IMG/VR virus record: IMGVR_UViG_3300021961_000019
Length of the DNA: 64,000 bases
Source of the DNA: a virus
Reading direction: 5' to 3' (one strand)
Below the pieces are notes generated by a model, which was given only the letters and a program-made list of their open reading frames with translations, did not search any database and had not been told where the DNA came from. This document shows positions 1-10,105 of this stretch, piece after piece (the stretch's first letter is position 1; each line of letters opens with the position of its first letter). A program made the position numbers and the translations under genes.

Positions 1-141
1 TTTCTTCACATCATAAAGATTGGACCGCATATACTTCTTAACTTTCTTATAAGACTTCAGAAGTTTTCCAACCTCATCCGTATGAATGATCACATTTGGT
101 TTTTGTTTTTCAACACCAAATCCAGTATTCTTTTCACTCAT
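1..141 (-). CDS. hypothetical protein, 3' end runs off window (MSEKNTGFGVEKQKPNVIIHTDEVGKLLKSYKKVKK...)
   Basis: Manually translated; ATG at 141 overlaps the stop of the upstream ORF (ATGA); open to position 1. Confidence 0.55.
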   Translation of the reverse strand, partial: MSEKNTGFGVEKQKPNVIIHTDEVGKLLKSYKKVKKYMRSNLYDVKK

Positions 142-425
142 TTTTTCTTCCTCTTACTTTTCGGTTCACATCCCCACAGTTTTGGATTAGTTCTTCCATA
201 CCCAAAGTCAATCTTTTGAACCGCTCCGGGTCCATACTTATCATAATAATAATCAAACAATTTCACCCGCTTAGGTGAACGAGTCAGGTCCATATATTCT
301 ACACCATCAACCACATACCAAATTAAATATCCATCATTAGGAAATGAAGAATCTTTAGCAATGTCTAATGTGGTCTTTTCAAGGAGAATTTGCAAACCAT
401 AATCTTTAGGATTTAGTTCTCTCAT
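138..425 (-). CDS. conserved cyanophage hypothetical protein
   Basis: 95 aa ORF in a tightly packed minus-strand run. Confidence 0.7.
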   Translation of the reverse strand: MRELNPKDYGLQILLEKTTLDIAKDSSFPNDGYLIWYVVDGVEYMDLTRSPKRVKLFDYYYDKYGPGAVQKIDFGYGRTNPKLWGCEPKSKRKKK

Positions 426-436
426 AGTCTAGTAAA

Positions 437-1027
437 TCAGGATCGATTTCCCCACACGATATCGGGGTATGCAGTTTGTACTACTTCAAAAGGAATATTA
501 TATCGATCTGTGAGTTTCTTATCCTTCACAAGGCAAAGAATGTCTGCTTCCCTTGGATGAAGTGCTTCAACAATACTAATGAAAATCGTTTCCCTACGAA
601 TTTGTGACAGGGTATTGTTGCCACCCCTCACAAAATTGTAAAGATGTACATACTCATTTCTAAGTGAAGTCTTAGCATCACCACGCAAATCTTGATCCTG
701 AGCAGAGAATGCATTCATGCCTTTGGCAACATTCTCACTTAAGGTTCCACTATTGACAGTTTGCTTTTCAATATCTGAATAAGGTACTGCTCCTTCAGGA
801 AGCATTGAGATCACACTCTCATCATAATTCCAGATGAAAAGAGACTTTAAAGATGGATGCTCATACTTTTGCAGAACTTCCACCTTTAAAGCTTTGCTTC
901 TTTGCTTTGATGCCAAATCCAAAATCTCAAAGATAAATGGATTTGTTGGTAGATCTAACGATACTTTTTTCCTAGTAGTCGTTTTCTTCTTCGTCGTAGT
1001 TGTAGTCATAATCGTCGCTATTTTCAA
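437..1027 (-). CDS. conserved T4-like cyanophage hypothetical protein
   Basis: 196 aa ORF with LPEGAVPY and YNFVRGGN segments recalled from cyanomyovirus proteins. Confidence 0.75.
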   Translation of the reverse strand: MKIATIMTTTTTKKKTTTRKKVSLDLPTNPFIFEILDLASKQRSKALKVEVLQKYEHPSLKSLFIWNYDESVISMLPEGAVPYSDIEKQTVNSGTLSENVAKGMNAFSAQDQDLRGDAKTSLRNEYVHLYNFVRGGNNTLSQIRRETIFISIVEALHPREADILCLVKDKKLTDRYNIPFEVVQTAYPDIVWGNRS

Positions 1028-1217
1028 ATCGGATTGCTATGATTTCATCTGGGATTAAATTTCCCTCACTATCGAACATTTCTGGGTGCATTGCCGGTAG
1101 TGAGGTCAAATATGCTTTTTCGTAATAGTGTTGCTTGGCCATCCATCCGATTACCCCGCCAACGAAAAAGAACATCACAGAAATTAAAGTTGTAATAGTC
1201 AGAGTTAGTGCTAACAT
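972..1217 (-). CDS. small membrane protein
   Basis: N-terminal hydrophobic helix followed by an acidic tail. Confidence 0.65.
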   Translation of the reverse strand: MLALTLTITTLISVMFFFVGGVIGWMAKQHYYEKAYLTSLPAMHPEMFDSEGNLIPDEIIAIRFENSDDYDYNYDEEENDY

Positions 1218-1234
1218 GACCGTCTCCCAGAGAG

Positions 1235-1456
1235 TTATTGTTTTCTAATGTTAAACGATAATTCAAAGTGAAAATGGAACTCCCTGCGAAAGAGAGCGAC
1301 CATCTTACCAAACTTTAAATTTAAAGTTTTTGGTCCGTCGTTTAGGTCCCTCCCTTTTTTCCTTAGCATTAATTCAAATCCACGGTCAATATCACCGGGA
1401 TCTTTATTTCTTCTTTTATTTATTCCAGATTTATTGGATTTTTCATTCGCCATCAA
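1235..1456 (-). CDS. hypothetical protein
   Basis: 73 aa ORF coupled to the glutaredoxin stop. Confidence 0.6.
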   Translation of the reverse strand: MMANEKSNKSGINKRRNKDPGDIDRGFELMLRKKGRDLNDGPKTLNLKFGKMVALFRREFHFHFELSFNIRKQ

Positions 1457-1695
1457 AGTACATTATTCTCACGTAGGTATTTAATTGTTTCGTGGCATCC
1501 ACCAAGTGCTCTATTGTCGTTCAAAACTACCTGAGGAAATGTAGCGCCTTCACCAAAAACATCCAAGAACTGATCATGAGTGAATGCTCCACTCTCTAGT
1601 GTATATGAGACGTAATCAATCTCCGCAAGTTTAAAGACTGTTTTAATCTTTTCACAATACACGCAGCCATCCTTAGAATAAACTGTGAATCTCAT
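1453..1695 (-). CDS. nrdC: glutaredoxin
   Basis: CVYC active site, TFPQV cis-Pro motif, LGGC; 80 aa. Confidence 0.9.
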   Translation of the reverse strand: MRFTVYSKDGCVYCEKIKTVFKLAEIDYVSYTLESGAFTHDQFLDVFGEGATFPQVVLNDNRALGGCHETIKYLRENNVL

Positions 1696-2066
1696 GACGC
1701 ATTATTCCTCCTTTGTCTATAGGTATACAAATTTGTTTGCTTTGGCGGCTTCATCCAGGTTTCAATTTTTTCCACTCTTTCCCAGGAAAAAAATTCTTGA
1801 TTTTCATACCACTCTCTCCAAGGAGTATGTCCCTTATCTGAGTTGCATTTTTTACAACTACACAATACGTTATGTGTATAGTCAACTCCCCCACTTGCTA
1901 GGGGGACTATATGATCTAAAGTTAATTCTTCTTCTGTAGAACCACAATACGCACATTCATAATTCCATCTCTCTTTAATCTCTTTTCTCCACATTCTCTT
2001 AGCATCTGCTGAAGAGTATGAATGAAGATTATAAAGATAATCTTCGGAAGAGTTGTAGAGTTGCAT
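1692..2066 (-). CDS. HNH endonuclease (McrA-like)
   Basis: CAYC...TLDHIVP...GG...N...SCKKCN motif. Confidence 0.9.
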   Translation of the reverse strand: MQLYNSSEDYLYNLHSYSSADAKRMWRKEIKERWNYECAYCGSTEEELTLDHIVPLASGGVDYTHNVLCSCKKCNSDKGHTPWREWYENQEFFSWERVEKIETWMKPPKQTNLYTYRQRRNNAS

Positions 2067-2073
2067 ATGAGTT

Positions 2074-2313
2074 TTATTGTTGAGGTGAACTGGTAGGAAT
2101 CACAGGACTTCTACTTCGATTCTTAATAACAATAAATGCATCACTTTGATACGTCGTGACTCCGTATGGTCTGTGCCATTTTGAATTTGCTGAGTCACTT
2201 TCTTGCAACCCACTTGAGGCACACCCACCAATTTGGATCTCAATTTGATCCCCGTCGTTCCAGTCCAACTCTTGGACAAAATATTCAATTTTCTCTAATA
2301 GTTCCTTATTCAT
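2074..2313 (-). CDS. hypothetical protein
   Basis: 79 aa ORF in operon orientation. Confidence 0.65.
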   Translation of the reverse strand: MNKELLEKIEYFVQELDWNDGDQIEIQIGGCASSGLQESDSANSKWHRPYGVTTYQSDAFIVIKNRSRSPVIPTSSPQQ

Positions 2314-2363
2314 ATCTTTCTAAGGACTACAAACAGTATATCATACCAGACCCGATCTGTCAA

Positions 2364-3011
2364 TTACAGAAGGGCAGGAATGAGATTTGTATTCTTCTTA
2401 ATATCCAGCGTCGTCGCACCAATACTAATAACTCTATTATTTGTATCAAATACGATATTATTGATTCCAACAACCTGATTGTAAATATCTTGAACTGTCG
2501 ATCCAACAGAAACAACTTCGTTCAGAATCTGCTCTGCAGTAGATGCAATTGAAACCTGATTTGGAATGATAGTATTTGCTTGTTGTTGTTCAATCTCCAA
2601 CATTCTTGCTTCCAGAGCATCAATTCCTGGGTTGTCCACAAATTGAACTGCAATCGGTTGTTGAAGGGTAATCAAAACACCATCGAACCTGAATGGATTA
2701 TCAAGTTCTTCTGTAGCAAGAATTCCACTTGTCACAAACAAATCAGCAAGACCCGAAGGTACACGAATTCTCCAATCGTTCGCAAGGAATGCGTAGAATG
2801 CCACCTTATTACCGCCACCAAGATCGTCCCCACCCACCGGACGGAAGGCAGGGAGATATTGTGCGTTTCCTTCATTTACCCACTGTTTCCAAAAACTGTA
2901 AACATATTGGACATTGAAGGTGGAAGTTGCGGCTCCCACCTCAATCTCTCTTATTGGGCCATTGAAAGTAAACTCATCGCTAGTTCCAGATACTATGAAC
3001 GGATTTGGCAT
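2364..3011 (-). CDS. probable virion/tail-associated protein
   Basis: YSFWKQWV...YLPAFRPVGG motif; C-terminal heptad-like segment; downstream of the 826 aa structural gene. Confidence 0.65.
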   Translation of the reverse strand: MPNPFIVSGTSDEFTFNGPIREIEVGAATSTFNVQYVYSFWKQWVNEGNAQYLPAFRPVGGDDLGGGNKVAFYAFLANDWRIRVPSGLADLFVTSGILATEELDNPFRFDGVLITLQQPIAVQFVDNPGIDALEARMLEIEQQQANTIIPNQVSIASTAEQILNEVVSVGSTVQDIYNQVVGINNIVFDTNNRVISIGATTLDIKKNTNLIPALL

Positions 3012-3050
3012 TACATCACAATAAAGAAGTTGTTAATAATAAACAGATTA

Positions 3051-5531
3051 TCAAGCAGGGTCAGAATATACCCTTTCAAGTGCTCCAGTTACGTTAATGG
3101 TTTGACCCTTAGAACGTGTGATCTGCGCGGTTGCAGATGCATACTGACCAGTCTGGAGACCAACTGCAACTACCCTTACGTTAGGTGCATATGTGTTGGA
3201 TGCGTCAGCACCACCAGAAGGAATTCTGTTTCTCTGGGAGTTCTTATCATAGTCATAAGTGAATTCATAAGAACCGCCGCCAGGAACAACAATACCGTCG
3301 ATGAATGCACCATCTTCTCTTTGAACAAGAGTTGCATTTGCTTCAGAGTAGTTAATGTCAAACTGGAAGAAGGTAATAATACCAGCGGATCCAGCAGGTG
3401 TCAAGGCAATTGTATTAATTCCGAGGTTGTTGTTTGCAACACAATCGGAATATGTTGAGTGAAGTCTGAACCTATCGGTTAAACCAACTCCAGATACATT
3501 GCCACCGTTTCCTGGTGTATTTGTGCCACTCTCAGTAACATCGCTATACAACTGTGGGGTAGTTCTAGCAACATCAGTAAATGTGTTTACATAGTAAGTA
3601 GAGGTTGTAAGACCTTGATCATTTACAGGATCGAAGACAAGAACAGTTTCAGTCAGACCAACTGTAGTATTGGTTTCTGGGAAGACTGCAACAACTTTCT
3701 GACCGTGAACAAATGGGTGATTAGGACCAGCACCAGTAACAAATTCATCTGTAGCATCGATAATACCACCAGTTACGCCACCAGTTCCAGCCTGACGATC
3801 AAAGGATGTGGAGAGTCCAGGAATTGGCTTGACACTATCCAGATCATAGAACATCCAGAACTTAGCATCTCCATCACCAGTAAAGTTATCGTTGAAGATC
3901 AGGTTGCCCTGCGCCAAGAATGGATAGAAGATCGCAGAAGAACCTGCAATCGCATTATTATCGTAGAAGTAAACGTTGTTAAGATCAGCGTTTCTTACAT
4001 TATTAATGAATACGCCCAGGTTGTTGGAACCAGAATCGCCAAATACATCCTCAACTCTTCTAACGTAAAGATCGTTACCAACGAATTCTAGCAGAGGTGG
4101 TACTGCCTGACCATAGCGATAATCATTATAGTAATCTGTTCCACCATTATTATAAGCAGACAGATCGTTGATGTTTGAAACACCGGCACCAGCAAGAATC
4201 TTACCAGGCTGTCTGAGCAGATAGTTGACCTTAGAGTAAACTGCCTGAAGTGGTTGCTCGTTAGCGTTAATAACGATGTTGAAGTTATAGCTGACACCAC
4301 CAACGTCATATGATACAGGATCTTGATAGAAGGAAACACCAATACCAGCATAACCAGCGGTTGCAATACCAGTTGCACCTTCATCAAGAATCGTTACGTT
4401 AACGTCAGAACCAGAAGATAGAGGAAGACGATATGCCTGATAGTTAAGTTGGCTTACACCGATCTGTGCGAGGTTCTGATCAGAATATGTTTTTGCTTCC
4501 TCTCTTGTGAAGATCTTGAAGTAGTCTTCTTTGTTGTAGAGAACGTTGGTGCCATCATCATCCTTAGTTCCATAGAACTGGAATGGTTCATTAGCAGCAC
4601 CACCATCTAGGGATACACCGAAGAAGAAGTCTTCAACAACTGCAGCAGATGTGAAAGAAACTGCTCTACCAACAGTAGAACCAGTTAATGATACGGTATT
4701 AATACCAGCAATCGCATCAGCGCGAGTAGTGTGAAGTGTGAACGAGTGTCCAACGCCAACAGGAATTACGCCCTTTACACCAACACCATTTCTTGCTTGA
4801 TAGTTGATGTAGAAAACGTTGTTATGATTAATTCCAGTAATAGCGTCATCATTAGAGTCTGTCTGATAAACAACAGCATCGCCTGTATAGAAGTATGACG
4901 CACCAGAAAGAGAGTTCTGATTTCCAACAGGACCATCAAAGACAATAGCATCTGTGGTGGCGTCAACACTTCCACTTGTATCGACTACGAAGGATGTTGT
5001 AATTCCTGGGTCAGTTGGATTGTAGTATACAGTACCAAATCCAGAAGGACCAATTGCAATAGCGCCCAGGGTGATGCATCCAAAATACTTTCTCTGAATG
5101 AGACCAGCAGCAGATCTTTCTGCCCATCCGGTGTCCTTGATCAGTTTTCTTGTAATGAACGCAGTAGAGACAGTAGAATCAACTGTTTCGTCATCTGGCA
5201 GCCAACCGTTAATAAATTCGAAGGACTCAGGAGTGATTGCCTCCATTGGGAAGGGGAAACGAATAGCAACGGGATCCTCTTTCCAGATATTCTTAAACTT
5301 GGAATAAAGTGTCTGTCCAGTAACACCTCCAGTATCACCATATCCCACCATCTCGGAACTAAGTCCAGCAGCAATTACACCGAAACGGGGTGCAGTGAGA
5401 GCAAATTTCTTATTTTCATAGTCAATCAGCATGTTTGCTGCTTGACCATCTTGAGCAGTTGTAGGATCTATACTTGTTCCGTAAGTATACTCGGAGTAGT
5501 ATAGATTATCGGGATCGGTAATCTTTGCCAT
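3051..5531 (-). CDS. large virion structural / tail-associated protein
   Basis: 826 aa, G/T/N/D-rich beta-type composition; TATAAATA late promoter upstream. Confidence 0.75.
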   Translation of the reverse strand: MAKITDPDNLYYSEYTYGTSIDPTTAQDGQAANMLIDYENKKFALTAPRFGVIAAGLSSEMVGYGDTGGVTGQTLYSKFKNIWKEDPVAIRFPFPMEAITPESFEFINGWLPDDETVDSTVSTAFITRKLIKDTGWAERSAAGLIQRKYFGCITLGAIAIGPSGFGTVYYNPTDPGITTSFVVDTSGSVDATTDAIVFDGPVGNQNSLSGASYFYTGDAVVYQTDSNDDAITGINHNNVFYINYQARNGVGVKGVIPVGVGHSFTLHTTRADAIAGINTVSLTGSTVGRAVSFTSAAVVEDFFFGVSLDGGAANEPFQFYGTKDDDGTNVLYNKEDYFKIFTREEAKTYSDQNLAQIGVSQLNYQAYRLPLSSGSDVNVTILDEGATGIATAGYAGIGVSFYQDPVSYDVGGVSYNFNIVINANEQPLQAVYSKVNYLLRQPGKILAGAGVSNINDLSAYNNGGTDYYNDYRYGQAVPPLLEFVGNDLYVRRVEDVFGDSGSNNLGVFINNVRNADLNNVYFYDNNAIAGSSAIFYPFLAQGNLIFNDNFTGDGDAKFWMFYDLDSVKPIPGLSTSFDRQAGTGGVTGGIIDATDEFVTGAGPNHPFVHGQKVVAVFPETNTTVGLTETVLVFDPVNDQGLTTSTYYVNTFTDVARTTPQLYSDVTESGTNTPGNGGNVSGVGLTDRFRLHSTYSDCVANNNLGINTIALTPAGSAGIITFFQFDINYSEANATLVQREDGAFIDGIVVPGGGSYEFTYDYDKNSQRNRIPSGGADASNTYAPNVRVVAVGLQTGQYASATAQITRSKGQTINVTGALERVYSDPA

Positions 5532-5567
5532 CTGGGGAATTCCTTTCTAAGAGCCTCTTACTTCTTT

Positions 5568-5575
5568 TATTTATA
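5568..5575 (-). promoter_or_regulatory. T4-type late promoter TATAAATA
   Basis: Exact gp55 consensus on the minus strand, about 37 nt upstream of the ATG at 5531. Confidence 0.8.
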
Positions 5576-5582
5576 TTGTGAA

Positions 5583-7295
5583 CTATTCTCCGCTAGGAGG
5601 GGTGTCATCACTATACACCCTATCCACTTTCAAGTCAACTGGTATATTTGTTGGGTCTGTTGATGCCGTTTGATTGGATAGGAATTGTGGGACATAATCA
5701 AGATTAACAATTCTAACATCAAATGTTGCTCCAACTCCAACACTAAACGAATATGTGCTGGTTCGATGATTTTCTGTTCCAATGCCAGCAAATTCAGTTG
5801 TGGTAATTCCTAAAGTTGGATTTATCTGAGATCGATCATATACTCTAATCTCTGTTCCATTTCCAGAAGGAACAACCGGAAGACCATTAATATTAACAGA
5901 CACGTTTGCATTAATAATTGTAGTGGATCCCGTTCCGGTATTACGAACCGAGGGTTGATTGCCTCCACCGGAAACATTAATGGTTATAAGACCACCTGAA
6001 CTATTTACAATTGCTGCATTGGCACTTCCAGTATTTTCTACTATGTTGGTTCCCGGTGTTCCAGAAAACCCCTCATAGACAACACCCACCATATCATATG
6101 TTCCAGATGATTTAAAATCAATTGCATGTCCAGTGGTGCCCAGACATTTAAATGTGCTATTAGATACTCTATCACAATTTGTTCCAAAACATGTCATCAT
6201 TCCATTATTATCTGGATTTGATGCTGCAATATTAAAAGTGCATCCATCAACATATCCGCCACCATGATTATATAATTCAATATCATCAAACGTGCAGTCA
6301 AATATATCAATCTTTGCAGTTCCATTCTCAACTTCATCGATTTCATGAAATCTCGTAAATCTTGAGTTGAAAACGGTTGTGTAACCTACACTTCCTTCCA
6401 GTCGTAAATCAGGTCTCGTATCAACAACTCCACCACCACTACTAATACCGATGAAGGTCATGTTTTCCATATAGATGTATGAGGCAGTGGATCCTGCGCC
6501 AGAATGAATATCTAAACCAGAAAACCCATTTGCAAATAATCCATCAGGAAATACAAGAATCCTTCCAGAATCCTCAAAAACTGTTGCCACATTTACCTGC
6601 CCTATGGTCACTCCTATTCCAAGTCTTCCAAATACGGAAATAATATTATCATTTTCAGACACATATCCGAATCGATTTCCTTGGGTTTCTTGGTCATATG
6701 TCACATAATTTGAGAATTTGCATGGAGTATCACCTGCAGTTCCACCAACCAACTGAAGCCCTCTTCCAACATCAATTGCGTCAATCACACAATTTTCAGC
6801 TTTAGACACAGCAGAAAACCCAGCTTGGACCTGAAAACCAAATGCAGTAATTGCTGTTAATGCTGGGGGTGTTCCACGTGTCGATGCCCATGCAGAAGAG
6901 GGAGCAAATGGCATCAGAATCCATCCACCTTTAATTGGGTAAGTATTAGATCCAATAAAGGTGTTGTAATAATTATTTGTTTCAGACGATCCACAAAAAA
7001 GATCAATTCCACCAGCACCTGTGGTTGGAGCAGCGTTATAGTTTGTAATATTCACTTTAAAGAAACAATGTGCTGTAGTTTGGGTGCTGCTCATATCAAC
7101 GTTGGACCCATGCACATAATGAATACCCCTACCAGCAGCAGAAATCTTTCTGGAGATTGCAGCAGCTCCTTGATAGTAAATATCGGGTTCTGTCACAGCA
7201 CCGGCACCACCGCCAGGACTATTCCACGTTCCTGTTGCTACGGCATCGGCAGCATTCAGTCTAGTATTATCTGCGATTACAAATGCTATTGCCAT
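5583..7295 (-). CDS. probable tail fibre/adhesin with beta-helix-like region
   Basis: 570 aa; repeated short beta motifs (FNSRF, FDCTF, VDGCTF, VSNSTF). Confidence 0.7.
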   Translation of the reverse strand: MAIAFVIADNTRLNAADAVATGTWNSPGGGAGAVTEPDIYYQGAAAISRKISAAGRGIHYVHGSNVDMSSTQTTAHCFFKVNITNYNAAPTTGAGGIDLFCGSSETNNYYNTFIGSNTYPIKGGWILMPFAPSSAWASTRGTPPALTAITAFGFQVQAGFSAVSKAENCVIDAIDVGRGLQLVGGTAGDTPCKFSNYVTYDQETQGNRFGYVSENDNIISVFGRLGIGVTIGQVNVATVFEDSGRILVFPDGLFANGFSGLDIHSGAGSTASYIYMENMTFIGISSGGGVVDTRPDLRLEGSVGYTTVFNSRFTRFHEIDEVENGTAKIDIFDCTFDDIELYNHGGGYVDGCTFNIAASNPDNNGMMTCFGTNCDRVSNSTFKCLGTTGHAIDFKSSGTYDMVGVVYEGFSGTPGTNIVENTGSANAAIVNSSGGLITINVSGGGNQPSVRNTGTGSTTIINANVSVNINGLPVVPSGNGTEIRVYDRSQINPTLGITTTEFAGIGTENHRTSTYSFSVGVGATFDVRIVNLDYVPQFLSNQTASTDPTNIPVDLKVDRVYSDDTPPSGE

Positions 7296-7663
7296 GTTCC
7301 TAAGTTTGGACAGTAATGGTATGAATGAAATTGTGGTCCTTCAGGAGGATCAAATTCTGCCATCAACAATTCTTCGTTCCTTTGAACCAAAGTGTTATAG
7401 TTTGGACCATAATGATTCTGAATCCATGTTGCAATCATCTGATCATCAACACTTTCAAATGGTGCGAAGTTCCCATCATATGGGGGTGTCAGATTTGTTG
7501 CATATGGAGTTCTTACAATACACATTTCTCCAGGACATATTGATACGAGTTTCCAATATGCCAAAATAACAGCATTCGGATAATCCGGATTGCTGTCATC
7601 AACAATAACATTTATAAGTTCAATATGAGTCTCTTTGTGCATCATAGGACATATTCTCTCCAA
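7286..7663 (-). CDS. putative tail fibre assembly/chaperone-like protein
   Basis: W...L...F.PFE.V....IA.WI pattern resembling small fibre-associated proteins; start probably at an internal Met. Confidence 0.5.
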   Translation of the reverse strand: MERICPMMHKETHIELINVIVDDSNPDYPNAVILAYWKLVSICPGEMCIVRTPYATNLTPPYDGNFAPFESVDDQMIATWIQNHYGPNYNTLVQRNEELLMAEFDPPEGPQFHSYHYCPNLGTWQ

Positions 7664-7904
7664 GTGCTTTGTGTTTTGCCTTAATTACAATATCGCAATT
7701 GGAATCATATTCCCCATATTCACCCGAATAGTTTATATCCAAGCAAACGGGAGTATGATCTGCAAGATAAGGAGCATCATCACCACCAATCTTTGGCACT
7801 GCCCACCCAAGAGCTTTAATCAGTTCGGGTTTGATAGTGATATGCAAATTTCCATGAACATCAAAGAAATGAGTCATGTGACGTTGAATAACAGGATCAA
7901 ACAT
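7620..7904 (-). CDS. hypothetical protein
   Basis: 94 aa ORF. Confidence 0.55.
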   Translation of the reverse strand: MFDPVIQRHMTHFFDVHGNLHITIKPELIKALGWAVPKIGGDDAPYLADHTPVCLDINYSGEYGEYDSNCDIVIKAKHKALGENMSYDAQRDSY

Positions 7905-7934
7905 ACTTAAACAAATTCAGAACTACACTATTTA

Positions 7935-9713
7935 TTATAGCACATTTACAGAGATTAGGTTGCCCCCACCATCATATGTAAACTCTTTACTGGGATAAAT
8001 TCCGGTTCCAACAATTGATGTAAGAATTCCAGATGGATTGTAATACAAAGTCTTTGTTCCCAAAGCAGTTGTGATTGTGGATAGAGTTCCCGCTTGATAA
8101 TCTAAAGTTTTATCTAAGTTGGAAACGAATTCTCCAGTAAAAGATGTCGCTGTAATTACACCAGTAACATTTACATCACCAACAACATCAAGGGCAACCT
8201 GCGGATCTTCACTATTAATACCAACGTTAGAATTTCTATAGATGTCATCTCCATCTTCTCTCCACAAGGAAGATGCTGCACCAGGACTGATGAACTTGAA
8301 TTTCCCGCTGGCAGCATCATAGGAGAGAACCTTTCCATCAGAAATGGTAGACCTATCAATATCATCCAAGAAGCGAAGATTGACCTCACCACCTCCACCA
8401 AGACTCATCAACTGCTGCTGAACGCGATTGATGAACAATCTGTAGTGTTGTTTCAGATCATCAAAGGTGACAAAATTTTGATCAAGGGGAGTGAGTGGAT
8501 CCTTATCCTCAGAAATTGGTTGTGGTGCGTTCTTAAGACGTTCGATTTCATGATAGATCTTGGCAATCTCATGACTCCAATCAACATCCTCCTTTGTATC
8601 AATATCAGAAACTTGCTTAGAAATTTTTCTAGTATTCAATTCAGCACGAATTAAATCATTCCTAAGACTTACAATCTGCTCCTGCAAATGTTCAGTATTT
8701 TCTACTTTGGTTTCCGAGATCAGTCGTAACCTAATACCCAACTGAGTGATTTGATTTTCTAGAGCACCAATCTCAGATTCATAATAGCGAACCTCTGGAA
8801 GTTCTGGAATACTCTCACGAACTTCTTCAATCAGATCAATCAGATCAAATAATTTATCATCATATTGCTGCAAGTCTGGAATGACAGGAATTGACTCCTG
8901 AACATCCACAATCATTTCGGCAAGTTGATCTATCTCCTGATCATAATCTTTAACTTCAGGAATTGAGTTCTTAACATTAGAAATCATCTCTGTGATTTCT
9001 TTCAACTCCGTATCATAATACTTAACCTTGGGAAGGTTAGATATTTCCTTTCGCAGAGATGCAAGTCTTTCATGAAGATGAGACTGAATCCCAATAAGTT
9101 CTTCTTTGGTTGAAGAGAGATCACTCTTTAATTTTTCTTCATTTGGAATGATCGTTTTCTCAAAATCATCCAGAAGAGTAAAGGTGAGTTTTTTTAATTC
9201 CTTAATCTTTGTTCCATGTAATTGGAACATTTCTGCAGCACTACTCTTTACATCATTCAGATCATTTCTTGTTTGGTCAATTGTACCCAAACCTTCACGA
9301 AGATTCTCAATATCTTCATCATAAGGAAGAGAAAGAATTGACTTACGAATATCCTCCAATTCTTCATAGACGGGAATCAAATCAAACCCGCCATTTAAAT
9401 TTTCTACAATAAGTGCCTCAAGTCTCTCAATCTCCTCATCATAAGATTTTGGATCTTGAATAGACTCTGATACTTCCTCAATTCTTTCGCGAAGAAGTTC
9501 AATAGGATCTTTCGGTTCCTCTACTTCCTCAACAACAGGTTCCTCAACGACCACTGGGGGATCCAATAGATCTTTCGGAGACCTGAGTTTTTTACTCTTA
9601 GCCTCTGCCTCTAATGCCAACTTCTCTAACAATTTGACACGATCTTTCTGCTCCCGTGCTTGTTGCTCACGAAATGCCTTCAGTTCAGTTGGTGATAATA
9701 GTTTTTTCTTCAT
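7935..9713 (-). CDS. coiled-coil protein with C-terminal tail-fibre-like domain
   Basis: E/K/L-rich heptads; C-terminal LDDIDR...DGKVLSYD and NVGINSEDP...LDVVGDVNVTG fibre motifs. Confidence 0.75.
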   Translation of the reverse strand: MKKKLLSPTELKAFREQQAREQKDRVKLLEKLALEAEAKSKKLRSPKDLLDPPVVVEEPVVEEVEEPKDPIELLRERIEEVSESIQDPKSYDEEIERLEALIVENLNGGFDLIPVYEELEDIRKSILSLPYDEDIENLREGLGTIDQTRNDLNDVKSSAAEMFQLHGTKIKELKKLTFTLLDDFEKTIIPNEEKLKSDLSSTKEELIGIQSHLHERLASLRKEISNLPKVKYYDTELKEITEMISNVKNSIPEVKDYDQEIDQLAEMIVDVQESIPVIPDLQQYDDKLFDLIDLIEEVRESIPELPEVRYYESEIGALENQITQLGIRLRLISETKVENTEHLQEQIVSLRNDLIRAELNTRKISKQVSDIDTKEDVDWSHEIAKIYHEIERLKNAPQPISEDKDPLTPLDQNFVTFDDLKQHYRLFINRVQQQLMSLGGGGEVNLRFLDDIDRSTISDGKVLSYDAASGKFKFISPGAASSLWREDGDDIYRNSNVGINSEDPQVALDVVGDVNVTGVITATSFTGEFVSNLDKTLDYQAGTLSTITTALGTKTLYYNPSGILTSIVGTGIYPSKEFTYDGGGNLISVNVL

Positions 9714-9817
9714 TCAATTCAAAAGAGACAAGAACCCCGTAGTGTATTTATTTTACCACAGACTTCCCCAGAGCGCCAGATGGGTGCTATAATGGTGGGG
9801 TAGTTCAAGGAAGCAAA

Positions 9818-9979
9818 ATGATCTTTACGACTCTGGCCGCTCTGTCCATCGTTGGATTTGTTGAAGTGGGACCTAACAAGTGCGTGGTTGATTTATACGA
9901 CTCCAGTATAAATAGTGTGACTAGTGTTTCAATCGAATGCAACACAAATCGTCAAATTAAGAAGGAGTCTGTATCGTGA
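9818..9979 (+). CDS. small hypothetical protein, 53 aa (MIFTTLAALSIVGFVEVGPNKC...)
   Basis: Manually translated; TGcTATAAT extended -10 at 9785-9793 and AAGGAAG RBS-like sequence upstream. Confidence 0.6.
   Translation: MIFTTLAALSIVGFVEVGPNKCVVDLYDSSINSVTSVSIECNTNRQIKKESVS
9907..9914 (+). promoter_or_regulatory. T4-type late promoter TATAAATA
   Basis: Exact consensus upstream of the SNase and M23 genes. Confidence 0.55.
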
Positions 9980-10105
9980 ATGAATTTCCGTGGGAAGTTG
10001 CGTTTGGTCTTTTCTTGGTTATGGCTGGAACCCTCTATTGGGTTTTCTCAATTCTACAAGAGGCAAACGCAGAAATGCGTGAAAAAAACAATTCAGAAAC
10101 CAAAG

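Noticed and set aside
2166-4091. Long + strand ORFs (2166-2552, 2580-3458, 3615-4091)
   Set aside because: They are antisense shadows of strongly codon-biased minus-strand genes, with no RBS, promoter or protein-like motifs.
3051-7295. Diversity-generating retroelement acting on tail genes
   Set aside because: No reverse transcriptase and no TR/VR repeat pair differing at adenines were seen in the window.
9980-10105. Long hydrophobic N-terminus of the nuclease ORF
   Set aside because: The SNase fold begins at MYRYYIKE (10106); the upstream part has no clear signal-peptide structure and is probably untranslated.
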